A stretch of 60,400 bases of DNA, the filler included, from Candidatus Woesearchaeota archaeon (GTDB taxonomy: Archaea; Nanobdellota; Nanobdellia; Woesearchaeales; CAZJJJ01): assembly GCA_046538795.1 (NCBI GenBank). It is 3 parts of 3 records of this genome, joined end to end, with 100 filler letters (N's around TTAATTAATTAA, not from the genome) between each part and the next. Parts side by side here need not be neighbours in the genome. Positions count along the whole stretch, not along the records: positions 1 to 20,984 come from JBKHIF010000020.1; 2 more parts are not named here. One strand, written 5' to 3'. The notes under the pieces are model-generated. The model ran no database searches and was not told the origin of the DNA. It saw nothing but the letters and a program-made list of their open reading frames with translations. The position numbers were made by a program, and so were the translations under genes. Numbering within the stretch: the first letter of the stretch is position 1; each line of letters opens with the position of its first letter. Positions 1 through 9,326 of the stretch are shown in pieces.

Positions 1-207
1 GTGAAAACAAGGATTAAAGAATTCAGGGCAAGACATGACCTAACCCAGAAAGAACTTGCAGAAAAGGTCGGTGTAAGAAGAGAGACCATAGTCTTTTTAG
101 AAAAAGGAAAATATAATCCTTCTCTCAAGCTTGCTCATGATGTTGCAAAAGTTCTGAAATCATCCATTGATGAACTGTTCATTTTTGAGGATGATGAAAA
201 AAAATAA
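1..207 (+). CDS. XRE/Cro-C1 family HTH transcriptional regulator
   Basis: [32 protein letters not shown] is a typical XRE HTH; precedes an ABC transporter pair. Confidence 0.9.
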   Translation: MKTRIKEFRARHDLTQKELAEKVGVRRETIVFLEKGKYNPSLKLAHDVAKVLKSSIDELFIFEDDEKK

Positions 208-245
208 GGAAACATTAAAATAAGAAAAGTATCTGAGATAAGAAG

Positions 246-956
246 ATGAAAGAGACTGTAGTTGAGATAAAGGAGCTTGTAAAATCTTTTGATGACAGAA
301 AAATAATTGATAATATTTCCATGTCTATAGAAAAGGGTGCGATATTTGGTTTTTTTGGTCCTAACGGCTCAGGAAAAACCACGACCATGAGGCTTATATT
401 GGGTCTTCTTGCACCAGATTCAGGAGATGTGAAAGTTCTTGGAAAAAATTTTGGAAAAGACAGGAACATAAGACGCAAAACAGGTGTTCTTTTAGAATCT
501 CCTGGATTTAACGAGAAACTTACAGGTCTTCAGAATCTTGAATATTATGCGCGGCTTTATGGAACTAAAAAAAATATAAAGAAAAATCTTGAGATGGTGG
601 ATCTTTGGAACAGGAAAGATGAGAAAGTTGGAAAATATTCAACAGGTATGAAAAAAAGACTTGGGATTGCACGCTCTCTTCTTTCAGACATAGAGCTCCT
701 GTTTCTTGATGAGCCAACAACAGGTCTTGATCCTGAAGCTCAAAGAGATTTTAGAAAACTTATACTGCACCTTTCAAAAGATGAGAAAATAACAATATTT
801 TTGAACACCCATAATCTTGATGAAGCGCAAAAGATATGTACTCACATTGCAATACTTAGAGAAAAGAAGATAATACTTCAAGGAGAACTCCAGAATATCC
901 TGAAGAAATACAAAGGCAAATCACTTGAGGATATATACCTTGCATCAGTGGAATAA
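246..956 (+). CDS. ABC transporter ATP-binding protein
   Basis: Walker A GPNGSGKTT, signature YSTGMK, Walker B LFLDEPTTGLDP, H-loop NTHNL. Confidence 0.93.
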   Translation: MKETVVEIKELVKSFDDRKIIDNISMSIEKGAIFGFFGPNGSGKTTTMRLILGLLAPDSGDVKVLGKNFGKDRNIRRKTGVLLESPGFNEKLTGLQNLEYYARLYGTKKNIKKNLEMVDLWNRKDEKVGKYSTGMKKRLGIARSLLSDIELLFLDEPTTGLDPEAQRDFRKLILHLSKDEKITIFLNTHNLDEAQKICTHIAILREKKIILQGELQNILKKYKGKSLEDIYLASVE

Positions 957-957
957 G

Positions 958-1650
958 ATGAACTATGTTAAAGAGATAATAAGAGGAGAGATAACAAAAC
1001 TCTTTCAGGACAAGCAAGTCTTGTTAAGCGGTATAGCAGTTACACTCATATGGACATTTATTGCTATACCTACTGCCTCATCAGAAGAGGTGGCGTCAGT
1101 TGCAAATGTTCCTCTTTTTATCTCGACTGCTGTTGGAGTATTCATAATATATCTTCTATCGACCTATGTTTTTATTAATGAAAAAAGGCAGAAAAGCATA
1201 GAGACTCTACTCTGTACACCAGTAAACTTAAGAGAGGTCTGGCTTGGAAAATCAATTACTGTGATGATTTTAGCATATTCTGCGTCACTTATGTCTGCGT
1301 TGATCATATTTATAGGAACCTCTGTATTACAAAATTCGATAGTTATTCCAGAGATTTCATTTTTAGCGTATCAGATACTCATAACACCGATATTTTTTCT
1401 TGCATTGACAGGACTTGTCGGGCTTTTTGAGTTTATATTTGGTATGAAAGAGAATAGAATACTAAATTTTGGATTCTTTTTTCTTATCATGTTTTTTTTC
1501 GGCTTTGTAAATTCTCTTGTCACACAGAATAATTTTGTATCATGGCTGTTTGTAGGAATAGCTGCTGTTGCTGCATTATTACTGTTGGGACTTTCATTTT
1601 ATCTTGTAAAATTCATAAGCAAGGAGAAGATAGTAACAACACTTGAATAA
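958..1650 (+). CDS. ABC-2 type permease
   Basis: About 6 hydrophobic helices and EKRQKSIETLLCTP motif; ATG at 958 directly follows the ATPase stop. Confidence 0.85.
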   Translation: MNYVKEIIRGEITKLFQDKQVLLSGIAVTLIWTFIAIPTASSEEVASVANVPLFISTAVGVFIIYLLSTYVFINEKRQKSIETLLCTPVNLREVWLGKSITVMILAYSASLMSALIIFIGTSVLQNSIVIPEISFLAYQILITPIFFLALTGLVGLFEFIFGMKENRILNFGFFFLIMFFFGFVNSLVTQNNFVSWLFVGIAAVAALLLLGLSFYLVKFISKEKIVTTLE

Positions 1651-1730
1651 CTATTAGGATAAAAATAAAAACATATTTAAAGGGAAACATCATAAGAAGT
1701 AATAATAGTAACTCTTTAAGAGGTGATTTG

Positions 1731-1970
1731 ATGGCAGAGATATTGTCCCTTCAGGAAATTATACTTGCAGTAATACTTGCAACTCTCACTGCAATAGTTT
1801 ACAGTTTGAGGATATTAGTTCTTCTTGAAAGAAGGATTGCAAGGATGGATGAGAACCTTCAGCACATTGTTATGAAGGTTGCAAAGGAAGAATACAGGAT
1901 TGAAGATATGCTAAGAGGAAAGAAAATTTCAAAGTCATCTTCCAAGACGTCCAAGAAAAAGAAAAAATAA
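1731..1970 (+). CDS. Small membrane protein (one TM helix, coiled coil, Lys-rich tail)
   Basis: AGGTGA ribosome-binding site before ATG 1731; N-terminal hydrophobic helix. Confidence 0.75.
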   Translation: MAEILSLQEIILAVILATLTAIVYSLRILVLLERRIARMDENLQHIVMKVAKEEYRIEDMLRGKKISKSSSKTSKKKKK

Positions 1971-1989
1971 TTTTCTTTTTTAATTTAAA

Positions 1990-2901
1990 ATGAGTGATGC
2001 AAGTTTCAATAGCTTTGAGTCCGGACTTGAAAAAATCCGTTCTTTGGAAATTCAGGGAGCAGAAAACATTGCCCGATTTTCTTTGAAACTCATACGTTCT
2101 TTGGTCCTTAAATATAAGGATAAGAATGATTTATATTCTCTTCTTACAACTGCTAAAATAAAGCTTTTCAAGACAAGGCCTACTGAACCCTGCATGAGAA
2201 ATTCATTAAACTATGTATTTTTAGGACTTGAAGCATCTACTATTTCTATACAACCAAAAAAGATAATTGAGCGTATAGATTCTACTTTGGAATTTCTTGA
2301 TAAGTCAGAAAAATATATTTCAGAGATTGGTGCAAGAAAAATACAGAATGGGATGATCATATATACCCACTGCCATTCTTCTACAGTAATGAGCATTCTT
2401 AAAAAAGCAAAAGATCAAAAAAAAGAGTTTGTGGTACATAATACTGAGACAAGACCACGATTCCAGGGACGAAAAACTGCAAAAGAATTAGCTGATTATG
2501 GGATAAAAGTTAATCACTTTATTGATTCTGCAGCAAGATTTGCCCTTAAAAAAGCAGATATGATGCTTATAGGTGCTGATGCACTTATCGAATCAAGAAT
2601 CTTCAATAAGATAGGTTCGGAAATGTTTTGCGAAATTGCAGAAAAATATGATATCCCTGTATTTGTATGCTCTACTTCCTGGAAATATGATCCCATGGCA
2701 AGATCAGGATATGAAGAAGTAATAGAAGAGCGTTCTCCTGATGAGGTTTGGGAAAAGCCTCCTTCCAATGTCAATATAATCAATCCGGCTTTTGAGAAAA
2801 TCAACACTACGCTTATAACTGCAGTAATATCAGAATTAGGAATCTTGTCTCCTGACATATTCTTCAATGAGATAAGAGAAAAATATGACTGGATGAGATA
2901 A
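1990..2901 (+). CDS. Ribose-1,5-bisphosphate isomerase / eIF2B-like protein
   Basis: EIQGA, TRPTEP, THCHSSTV, TETRPRFQG, GADA, NKIGS, NPAF motifs. Confidence 0.85.
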   Translation: MSDASFNSFESGLEKIRSLEIQGAENIARFSLKLIRSLVLKYKDKNDLYSLLTTAKIKLFKTRPTEPCMRNSLNYVFLGLEASTISIQPKKIIERIDSTLEFLDKSEKYISEIGARKIQNGMIIYTHCHSSTVMSILKKAKDQKKEFVVHNTETRPRFQGRKTAKELADYGIKVNHFIDSAARFALKKADMMLIGADALIESRIFNKIGSEMFCEIAEKYDIPVFVCSTSWKYDPMARSGYEEVIEERSPDEVWEKPPSNVNIINPAFEKINTTLITAVISELGILSPDIFFNEIREKYDWMR

Positions 2902-2929
2902 TAGATAATAAAAATAAAAAAATAAATTC

Positions 2930-3445
2930 TCAGGCATTCTGCATCTTGAATACAGTCTTGATCTCTCTTAAGTTTTCCTGAAGTTTTAGGATCTTTTTCG
3001 TATTATCTTCAAGCATAAGAACCTGCCCGCATTCAGGACACTTAAAATTATGTATCAAAGCAGCATCCTGATCAAGCCTGACACAATTATCCCTGCATTC
3101 AAAAAACTGTGTTGTCTTTTCTTTTTTCAGCCTGTTATTCAGGTTCCTTATCGCTGTTGCAGAAACATTTTCTACAAGCACATTCATCCTGGACATATTT
3201 AGTTTCCAGTAATATGTATACCATCCTGATTCTTCATCTTTCTTTTTCTTGAAAGAAACAAGATTCTGATGGTGCAGCTTGTACAATATTCGTCTAGTCT
3301 CGTTTACTTCTGTCTTAAGAAGAGTAGATAATTTAATCTCAGAAAGCTCTTCATTTTGATTCAGAAGCAAAGTTATCGGAAGAACCTCTGTTCCAAGAGA
3401 TTCCTGCATCACTCTTTTCAGTATTTGTTCTGTAATCTCCATCAT
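2930..3445 (-). CDS. tfe: Transcription factor E (TFIIE alpha)
   Basis: Winged helix ETRRILYKL...GWYTYYW plus Zn ribbon CRDNC...FKCPECG. Confidence 0.9.
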   Translation of the reverse strand: MMEITEQILKRVMQESLGTEVLPITLLLNQNEELSEIKLSTLLKTEVNETRRILYKLHHQNLVSFKKKKDEESGWYTYYWKLNMSRMNVLVENVSATAIRNLNNRLKKEKTTQFFECRDNCVRLDQDAALIHNFKCPECGQVLMLEDNTKKILKLQENLREIKTVFKMQNA

Positions 3446-3621
3446 TCACCACACAAGAAAACCATTTTTCAACTGCTTTGTTGCGTAAAAGTCGAAAAAC
3501 ATAAAAATAGGAATGGTTAATTTGGTATTTAAATCTTTCTATTTCCATAATTTTTTTAGACGGAGATAAACTTTTATTAAACTTTTAGTCCCTGATTTGG
3601 AGTTTTTTATTGAAATAAATT

Positions 3622-4014
3622 TTAGAATTTCTGTATGAGCTCGTCGAAGATAAGTCCTTTGAATCTTGCCATCTCCATAGAAACTGAAAAATATTTTCCA
3701 GTATCCTTTAAGTCTTCAACATTGACAAAAAACCATTTCATCCCTGTAAATCGTACACCAACCCATGCCTCAGCTCCAAATTTTTTTGAAAAAAATATAA
3801 GATCCTCAACTTCTTTTTTTGTAAGATATTGGGTTTGTGCAGAAGTTGACTTGCACTCTATAGCAAGTCTCCTAAGAGAATTTCCTGCAAGTATGTCAGG
3901 GCTGCAGAATCTTGTACTTCCCGAACCAGCTGCTCTTATGCATGCCCAGTCATTTTCCCAGAACATATGGACAAGCTCGCGTTCTGCATTGCTGCCTTTT
4001 GATTTCGTGCTCAT
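3622..4014 (-). CDS. hjc: Holliday junction resolvase Hjc
   Basis: KGSNAERELV, RAAGSG, PDILAG, IECKS nuclease motifs. Confidence 0.93.
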   Translation of the reverse strand: MSTKSKGSNAERELVHMFWENDWACIRAAGSGSTRFCSPDILAGNSLRRLAIECKSTSAQTQYLTKKEVEDLIFFSKKFGAEAWVGVRFTGMKWFFVNVEDLKDTGKYFSVSMEMARFKGLIFDELIQKF

Positions 4015-4094
4015 CTTTATCGAGACAGAATAGTATGTTTATATTATTTGTCATTTGCAAAAAGATTAAATAGATAACCTTATGATTATATTCC

Positions 4095-4304
4095 ATGCGT
4101 TCTTTACCACTGAAATCGATTCAGAATATAATGGAAAATGCAGGAGTTGAGAGAGTCAGCGAATCTGCCAAAGAAGAACTTAAAATATTGGTTGAAAAAA
4201 GAGCAAAAGAAATTGCTTCTAAAGCTGTAAAGTATTCAAGACATGCAAAAAGGAATACTCTTCTAAAAGAAGACATTGATCTTGCTTTTGAAGACGTGAG
4301 ATGA
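4095..4304 (+). CDS. Archaeal histone (HMf-like)
   Basis: LP..I..IM..AG.ERVS..A...HAKRNTL..EDI histone-fold pattern, 69 aa. Confidence 0.88.
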   Translation: MRSLPLKSIQNIMENAGVERVSESAKEELKILVEKRAKEIASKAVKYSRHAKRNTLLKEDIDLAFEDVR

Positions 4305-4306
4305 TG

Positions 4307-5206
4307 TCAAGGTTTTGCCTTCATGAAATCATAGGCGATATCCACATTGTTAAAATATGTCTGAGCTTCTTTTTTTATCTGTTCAGGAGACTTATATCTC
4401 TGTGAAAGGTGTGTAAGAATTAATCTTTTGGTATTGCTTCTTGATGCTATCTGTGCAGCATCTCTTGAAGTAAGATGCATATGTTCTATGGCTTTTTCAG
4501 AAAGTTCTTCTTCATATGTGGCTTCGCTTATAAGAAGATCTGTATCTTCTGCAATCTTAAAGCAGTTGTTATCCATGCTTGTATCTGCAATAAAACCTAT
4601 TTTTTTACCAGGGACAACATATGTCGCTTTTTCATAGCTCACTTTTTTTCCTTTCCATGTTACATCTTTTCCTCTTTGAAGATCACCTAAAAGAGGACCG
4701 TCAGGAATCCCCAGTTTTTTTATGAACGATACATTAATCCTTCTCCTGTCTTTTTCAATTATGCGAAATCCATATGTGGTTACTCTGTGGTTAAGCTTGT
4801 GAGCTTCAATGTAATAATTATCAGTTTCAATCAGTTTTCCGCTTTTTTTGATCTCAGTTATCTTAAGCTCAACCTTTTTGTCAAAGATAAAAGCCTTGAA
4901 CATGTGCTCAAAGAATGTCTTTGTCCCTTTTGGTCCATATATTTCAAGAACTCCGCTGTAATCTGACGAAGAAATCGTCTGAAGAAGTCCGGGAAGTCCC
5001 AGTACATGATCGCCATGCCAGTGGGATATGAGAATCTTTTTTATCTGCGTCGGCTTTATCTTTGCGATCTTTAGCTGGCGCTGTGTATTTTCTCCGCAAT
5101 CGATAAGTATGCCTTCTCCGTTATAACTTAGAAATGTTGCCGGATGATTCCTGTCTTTGGTCGGAACCATACAGCTTGTTCCAAGGAATATTATCTCAAA
5201 TTTCAT
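4307..5206 (-). CDS. rnz: Ribonuclease Z
   Basis: FLGT..PTKDRN, DCGE, SHWHGDHVLG, GP exosite, THLSQRY; ATG 5206 preferred to TTG 5215. Confidence 0.93.
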   Translation of the reverse strand: MKFEIIFLGTSCMVPTKDRNHPATFLSYNGEGILIDCGENTQRQLKIAKIKPTQIKKILISHWHGDHVLGLPGLLQTISSSDYSGVLEIYGPKGTKTFFEHMFKAFIFDKKVELKITEIKKSGKLIETDNYYIEAHKLNHRVTTYGFRIIEKDRRRINVSFIKKLGIPDGPLLGDLQRGKDVTWKGKKVSYEKATYVVPGKKIGFIADTSMDNNCFKIAEDTDLLISEATYEEELSEKAIEHMHLTSRDAAQIASRSNTKRLILTHLSQRYKSPEQIKKEAQTYFNNVDIAYDFMKAKP

Positions 5207-5314
5207 CTTTAACAAATTCAGACTTGTGAAAGATAATTTATAAAACTAGTGTTTTGTTGATTGAATATCAAACAAACAAAAACCTTTTTATACAGAATCA
5301 AACTAAATCATGTT

Positions 5315-5848
5315 ATGCCAAAAAGAACGCCAATCAAAACCTGGTTTTCAGATACAAGCATAATAACAGATGATTCAAACCAGGCAAGAGAACTTTACAA
5401 TAAAAGCAGATATGGAATTGTAGAAAATAATAAGGTAAAGTTATCTATACTCGAAGGACTATATCTTTTGGAAAAAGAAAGGATTGTCGTATATAACAAG
5501 AAAAACAAGGAATTTACGTTTGATTCTCTTTTCAGGACATCAAAAAAGCATGACTCTGATCTCAATGTAAGATATCCTGTATTCAGGGACCTAAGAGAAC
5601 GAGGCTACATAGTGAAGACTGCCCTTAAGTTTGGAGCAGATTTCAGGGTATATAATAGGGGAATAAAACCTGGAGAAGATCATGCAAGATGGGTTGTTTA
5701 TGCAGTTCATGAATCGCAGAAGCAGACCTGGTTTGATTTTGCTGCAAAATCACGTGTTGCACATTCTACAAGAAAAAATCTCATGATAGGCATAGTCGAT
5801 GCAGAAGCAGACGTAACCTATTATGAGGTTGAATGGATAAGACCATAG
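5315..5848 (+). CDS. endA: tRNA-intron endonuclease
   Basis: YPVFRDLRERGYIVKTALKFGADFRVY, EDHA, RVAHSTRK; ATG 5315 follows a TATA-like element. Confidence 0.93.
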   Translation: MPKRTPIKTWFSDTSIITDDSNQARELYNKSRYGIVENNKVKLSILEGLYLLEKERIVVYNKKNKEFTFDSLFRTSKKHDSDLNVRYPVFRDLRERGYIVKTALKFGADFRVYNRGIKPGEDHARWVVYAVHESQKQTWFDFAAKSRVAHSTRKNLMIGIVDAEADVTYYEVEWIRP

Positions 5849-5901
5849 ACATATGTTTTTTTACGAAATATTTTTATATATCTATTTCCAAAATAAGATT
5901 T

Positions 5902-6456
5902 ATGGAAACTACAAATAAAAATAAGTTTTTTAATTTTCAGATGCATGATTATTCTAAATTATATCTTACAATTGAGATGATCCTGCTTTCAGGCCTAAGT
6001 TTCATACTTCCCATATTTATAGGACATCCCCAGTTTCTTATAGGTGCGATAATAAACTTTCTCTTGTTCCGTGCTTCTTTGACAATGGATTTCAAAAGAG
6101 CACTTCCTGTAATTCTTCTTCCCAGCATGGGAATTTTTACAGCCGGAGTTCTTTTTGGAAGTCTTACAAATTATGTTATATTTTTCATACCTTTTATATG
6201 GATTGGCAATGGGGTATATGTTCTTTCGTCAAAGTATATAAACCATAGATATAAGAAAACTTTTGGTCTTAATGTAGTGATATCTTCTTTAATCAAATCA
6301 GCAGTTCTTTTTGCAGGTGCCCTTGTGATGGTAAACATATTTTCTTTTCCTGCTATTTTTCTGACTACTATGGGACTATTCCAGCTACATACGGCTTTAG
6401 CAGGAGGATTTTCTGCCTTTGCTCTTACAAAGCTTGAAATTGCACTTAGGAAATGA
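5902..6456 (+). CDS. Integral membrane protein (ECF S-component-like)
   Basis: About 6 TM helices, PQFLIGAIIN and FIWIGN motifs; family call tentative. Confidence 0.6.
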   Translation: METTNKNKFFNFQMHDYSKLYLTIEMILLSGLSFILPIFIGHPQFLIGAIINFLLFRASLTMDFKRALPVILLPSMGIFTAGVLFGSLTNYVIFFIPFIWIGNGVYVLSSKYINHRYKKTFGLNVVISSLIKSAVLFAGALVMVNIFSFPAIFLTTMGLFQLHTALAGGFSAFALTKLEIALRK

Positions 6457-6510
6457 GACATTTACTCACCCACAATAAAGCTTTTAAAGGCATTGAGAAT
6501 TACGTTTTTT

Positions 6511-7632
6511 ATGTCTAAAAATGATAAGATCTTTGAGATAGTCAAGTACAAAGGTCCCATGCTTCCTGTACAGATTGTAAAGGAGATGGGTGGCAGTTCT
6601 CAGACAAATACTTTTTTTGTTGGAGCTATGCTTTCAGAGCTTGTTACTGCAGGGAGGCTTAGGCTGTCTCATGTAAAAGTAGGAGGTTCGCCCCTTTATT
6701 ATGCACCAGGACAGGAAGAAAAACTTCAGGATTATTCTAAATATCTTCATGAAAAAGAAAGAAGAGTATATGAAAAGCTGAAAAGCGAAAAGATACTCAG
6801 AGACAAAATACTTACACCTGTCGAAAGAGTGTGCTTAAGGAATATAAGGGATTTTGCAAAACCTCTTGAAGTTTCATTGAAAGAAAAAGAGCTTTTCTGG
6901 AAATGGTATCTTTTCTCAAACAGGGACGCTGAGCCTATCATAAAAGACATGCTCAAAGAAGATATAGGACGATCACGACAGGAGGAACAGAAAAAAGAAG
7001 CCAACCAATTTTCAGAAAACAGACAACCTGAAGCAAGCAGAAATGATGTGGGAACTCCGACAGCAAGAGAACTTGCAGAAAGAAATGGATCTAATCAGGA
7101 TTCATCATCATATCAGGAAAAAAAACAAGATCCTGAAGAAAAAGATCTATCTGCAAAAAAGATTGACGAAAATAAAAAAGAAGAATTTATAGGGGAATCA
7201 TCTTCTCAAAAAAGTGGATCTTCTGAAGATAGAAAAGACGATAAAGACGAGAAAAAAGATCGATCTGAAAAAGAAAAAAAAGAAGAAAAGCAGTCCTTTC
7301 TTGAATATGAAGATAATAATGATGATCCGTTTGTAAAAGAAGTCAAAAAGTTCTTTCTTGAACATAATATAACTATTGTCGAGACAAATGTGATAAAAAA
7401 AGATTCAGAATCTGAATTTCTCATAAAAGTTCCTTCAGCTATTGGAAAACTGAATTATTTTTGTGTTGCAAGAAATAAGAAAAAATGCTCAGATAGTGAT
7501 CTAAGCTTAGCCTATGTCAAATCCCAGAAAAAAAATCTGCCTGTACTATTCCTGTGTCCTGGCGAACTTTCAAAAAAAGGTCAGGAAGTACTTGATACAG
7601 AACTCAAGACAGTTACGTTCAAGAACATATAG
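6511..7632 (+). CDS. Hypothetical protein: winged-helix-like N-terminus, charged low-complexity linker, C-terminal alpha/beta domain
   Basis: Long ORF; GAMLSELV..GRL.LS.VKVGGSPLYY resembles a wHTH; E/K/D/S-rich middle. Confidence 0.7.
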   Translation: MSKNDKIFEIVKYKGPMLPVQIVKEMGGSSQTNTFFVGAMLSELVTAGRLRLSHVKVGGSPLYYAPGQEEKLQDYSKYLHEKERRVYEKLKSEKILRDKILTPVERVCLRNIRDFAKPLEVSLKEKELFWKWYLFSNRDAEPIIKDMLKEDIGRSRQEEQKKEANQFSENRQPEASRNDVGTPTARELAERNGSNQDSSSYQEKKQDPEEKDLSAKKIDENKKEEFIGESSSQKSGSSEDRKDDKDEKKDRSEKEKKEEKQSFLEYEDNNDDPFVKEVKKFFLEHNITIVETNVIKKDSESEFLIKVPSAIGKLNYFCVARNKKKCSDSDLSLAYVKSQKKNLPVLFLCPGELSKKGQEVLDTELKTVTFKNI

Positions 7633-7634
7633 AT

Positions 7635-8057
7635 TCATGCTTTAGTATATTTTCCCATTAATTTTGCTTCTTCTATTATATGTCCTGTCATCGCTTCTTC
7701 AAGATCATCTTTAGATGTATCTCCTGGAAGATCAAGCATTGAATCCAGTGCATATACTGTGAAATAATATCTGTGGGTTCCTGATGGAGGGCATGGTCCA
7801 TTGTATTTTTTGTTTCCGAAACTATTTTGTCCAACATCTCCTTCGCTTATCTTGTTTGAATTTGATGGTATGTTCCAAAGTACCCAATGTATAAAAGTTC
7901 CTGATGGTGCATCTGGATCAGATACGATTAGTGCCAGGCTTTCTGAACTTTCAGGTATATCTGAAATAGTAAGAATAGGCGGCTTATCGTTTCCATCACA
8001 AGTATGTTCATAAGGAATATTTGCTCCTTCTTCAAAATTATCGCTTGTTATTTTCAT
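7635..8057 (-). CDS. YbhB/YbcL (PEBP) family protein
   Basis: DPDAP, FIHWVLWNIP, YNGPCPPSGTHRYYF. Confidence 0.92.
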   Translation of the reverse strand: MKITSDNFEEGANIPYEHTCDGNDKPPILTISDIPESSESLALIVSDPDAPSGTFIHWVLWNIPSNSNKISEGDVGQNSFGNKKYNGPCPPSGTHRYYFTVYALDSMLDLPGDTSKDDLEEAMTGHIIEEAKLMGKYTKA

Positions 8058-8147
8058 GTTATATTACCCCCTTTCAACTAATCAATAGAAATTTAATTAA
8101 TAAAACCTTTTTTTGAATTTTTAAGAATAATTAAAATAGTTATTTTA

Positions 8148-8243
8148 GTCGACTTTCAACGTCTAAACGCGTTGATGGTCGTCTATCAACGACTAATTTC
8201 TCGTCGAGAACGAAAGTTTTTTAAACGCGTCTAGGCGCGTCTA
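8148..8243. repeat. CpG-rich palindrome array 1 (TCAACG/CGTTGA, CGTCTA, ACGCGT)
   Basis: TCAACG-N8-CGTTGA 8156-8175, TTCTCGTCGAGAA 8198-8210, CGCGTCTA twice just before ATG 8251. Confidence 0.75.
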
Positions 8244-8250
8244 ATAAGTT

Positions 8251-8772
8251 ATGTTCATAAGGTCAAAAACAATCTCTGGAAAAGAATATGCATATCTTGT
8301 AAGGACCAAATGGGACAAGAGATCAAAGACAGTCAAACAAAAAGTCTCCAAATATCTTGGTCCAATAATAAAACTTGATAAGGTTAAAGATGTTGATTTT
8401 TTTGACTACTATAATGACCTTGACAAAGATGATTACCTTAACACAGTTTCTATAAAACAGCTTATAAGAGACCTTGTTGAAATTGAATTGTACAGGCATG
8501 GTTTTACAAAAAAATCTCCTGAAAAGATGACAAATGGAGTTATAGAATTAAGACTTCCTTATGTATCAAAAGTATTTTCGTTGAATGAAGGATACATGAA
8601 CAAAGCAACCCTCAAAGAGATAGAAAAATATGATAAAATCCTTGGTCAGAATGAAAAAAAGATTCCCTATAAATTTGCAGCATTATTTGTGAATGCAGGC
8701 ATTGATATAGAAAAAGAATTATTTGTAGAGATATACCAGAGATTTTTTAGCGATAGTATTGATGTAGAATAA
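8251..8772 (+). CDS. Hypothetical protein with N-terminal basic beta-sheet putative DNA-binding motif
   Basis: MFIRSKTISGKEYAYLV...VKQKVSKYLG resembles IS1634-type transposase N-termini; no DDE domain visible. Confidence 0.65.
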   Translation: MFIRSKTISGKEYAYLVRTKWDKRSKTVKQKVSKYLGPIIKLDKVKDVDFFDYYNDLDKDDYLNTVSIKQLIRDLVEIELYRHGFTKKSPEKMTNGVIELRLPYVSKVFSLNEGYMNKATLKEIEKYDKILGQNEKKIPYKFAALFVNAGIDIEKELFVEIYQRFFSDSIDVE

Positions 8773-8800
8773 TAAAAAATAATGATAAATAAGTGTGATT

Positions 8801-9211
8801 CTAGATATCAAGAACCTTAAGGCCTGTCTCTTCTTCATATATTCTGTCAAGTTTTTCAGGTATTATTTTCAGCATAAGTTCTACAGTTCCTGAGACAATC
8901 GCTGATTTAAGATGCCCTCCGAAAGCCTGCATCTTATTGTTGGCAAGAGTTACATGACAGTGAAGTCCTGCGCTTGTTATGAAACCAAACATTGATGTTA
9001 TTTCCATCTCTCCAGGAAATGCTTTTGAAGAATAATCTTTGCGATCTACAGAATAGTGCATTATTTCTGAATCTCTTACAGCACCGATCCCATAAACCTC
9101 AGCACTTACTATATCAAGATCTTTGCAAAAAGAAGTGATTTCCTCTGCAATCTCTTCTCCGAGTTCTATTCTTAGGATATATGTCTGATCATTTATTTTT
9201 TTGAATTTCAT
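8801..9211 (-). CDS. PPC domain / DUF296 protein
   Basis: GIGAV, EITSMFG, HCHVTL, GGHL motifs. Confidence 0.88.
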   Translation of the reverse strand: MKFKKINDQTYILRIELGEEIAEEITSFCKDLDIVSAEVYGIGAVRDSEIMHYSVDRKDYSSKAFPGEMEITSMFGFITSAGLHCHVTLANNKMQAFGGHLKSAIVSGTVELMLKIIPEKLDRIYEEETGLKVLDI

Positions 9212-9326
9212 TTAATAAACACCCCAAAACAAGCTAATCTCTTTAGGTATAAAAGGGTTTCTTTTGTAAGTTTGCTTATATTTCATAAGAAAATTTTATA
9301 ATATCCAGATCTTTCTCTTTAGATAT

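Noticed and set aside
8251..8772. Intact IS1634 transposase
   Set aside because: Far too short, no DDE motif and no terminal inverted repeats enclosing the gene
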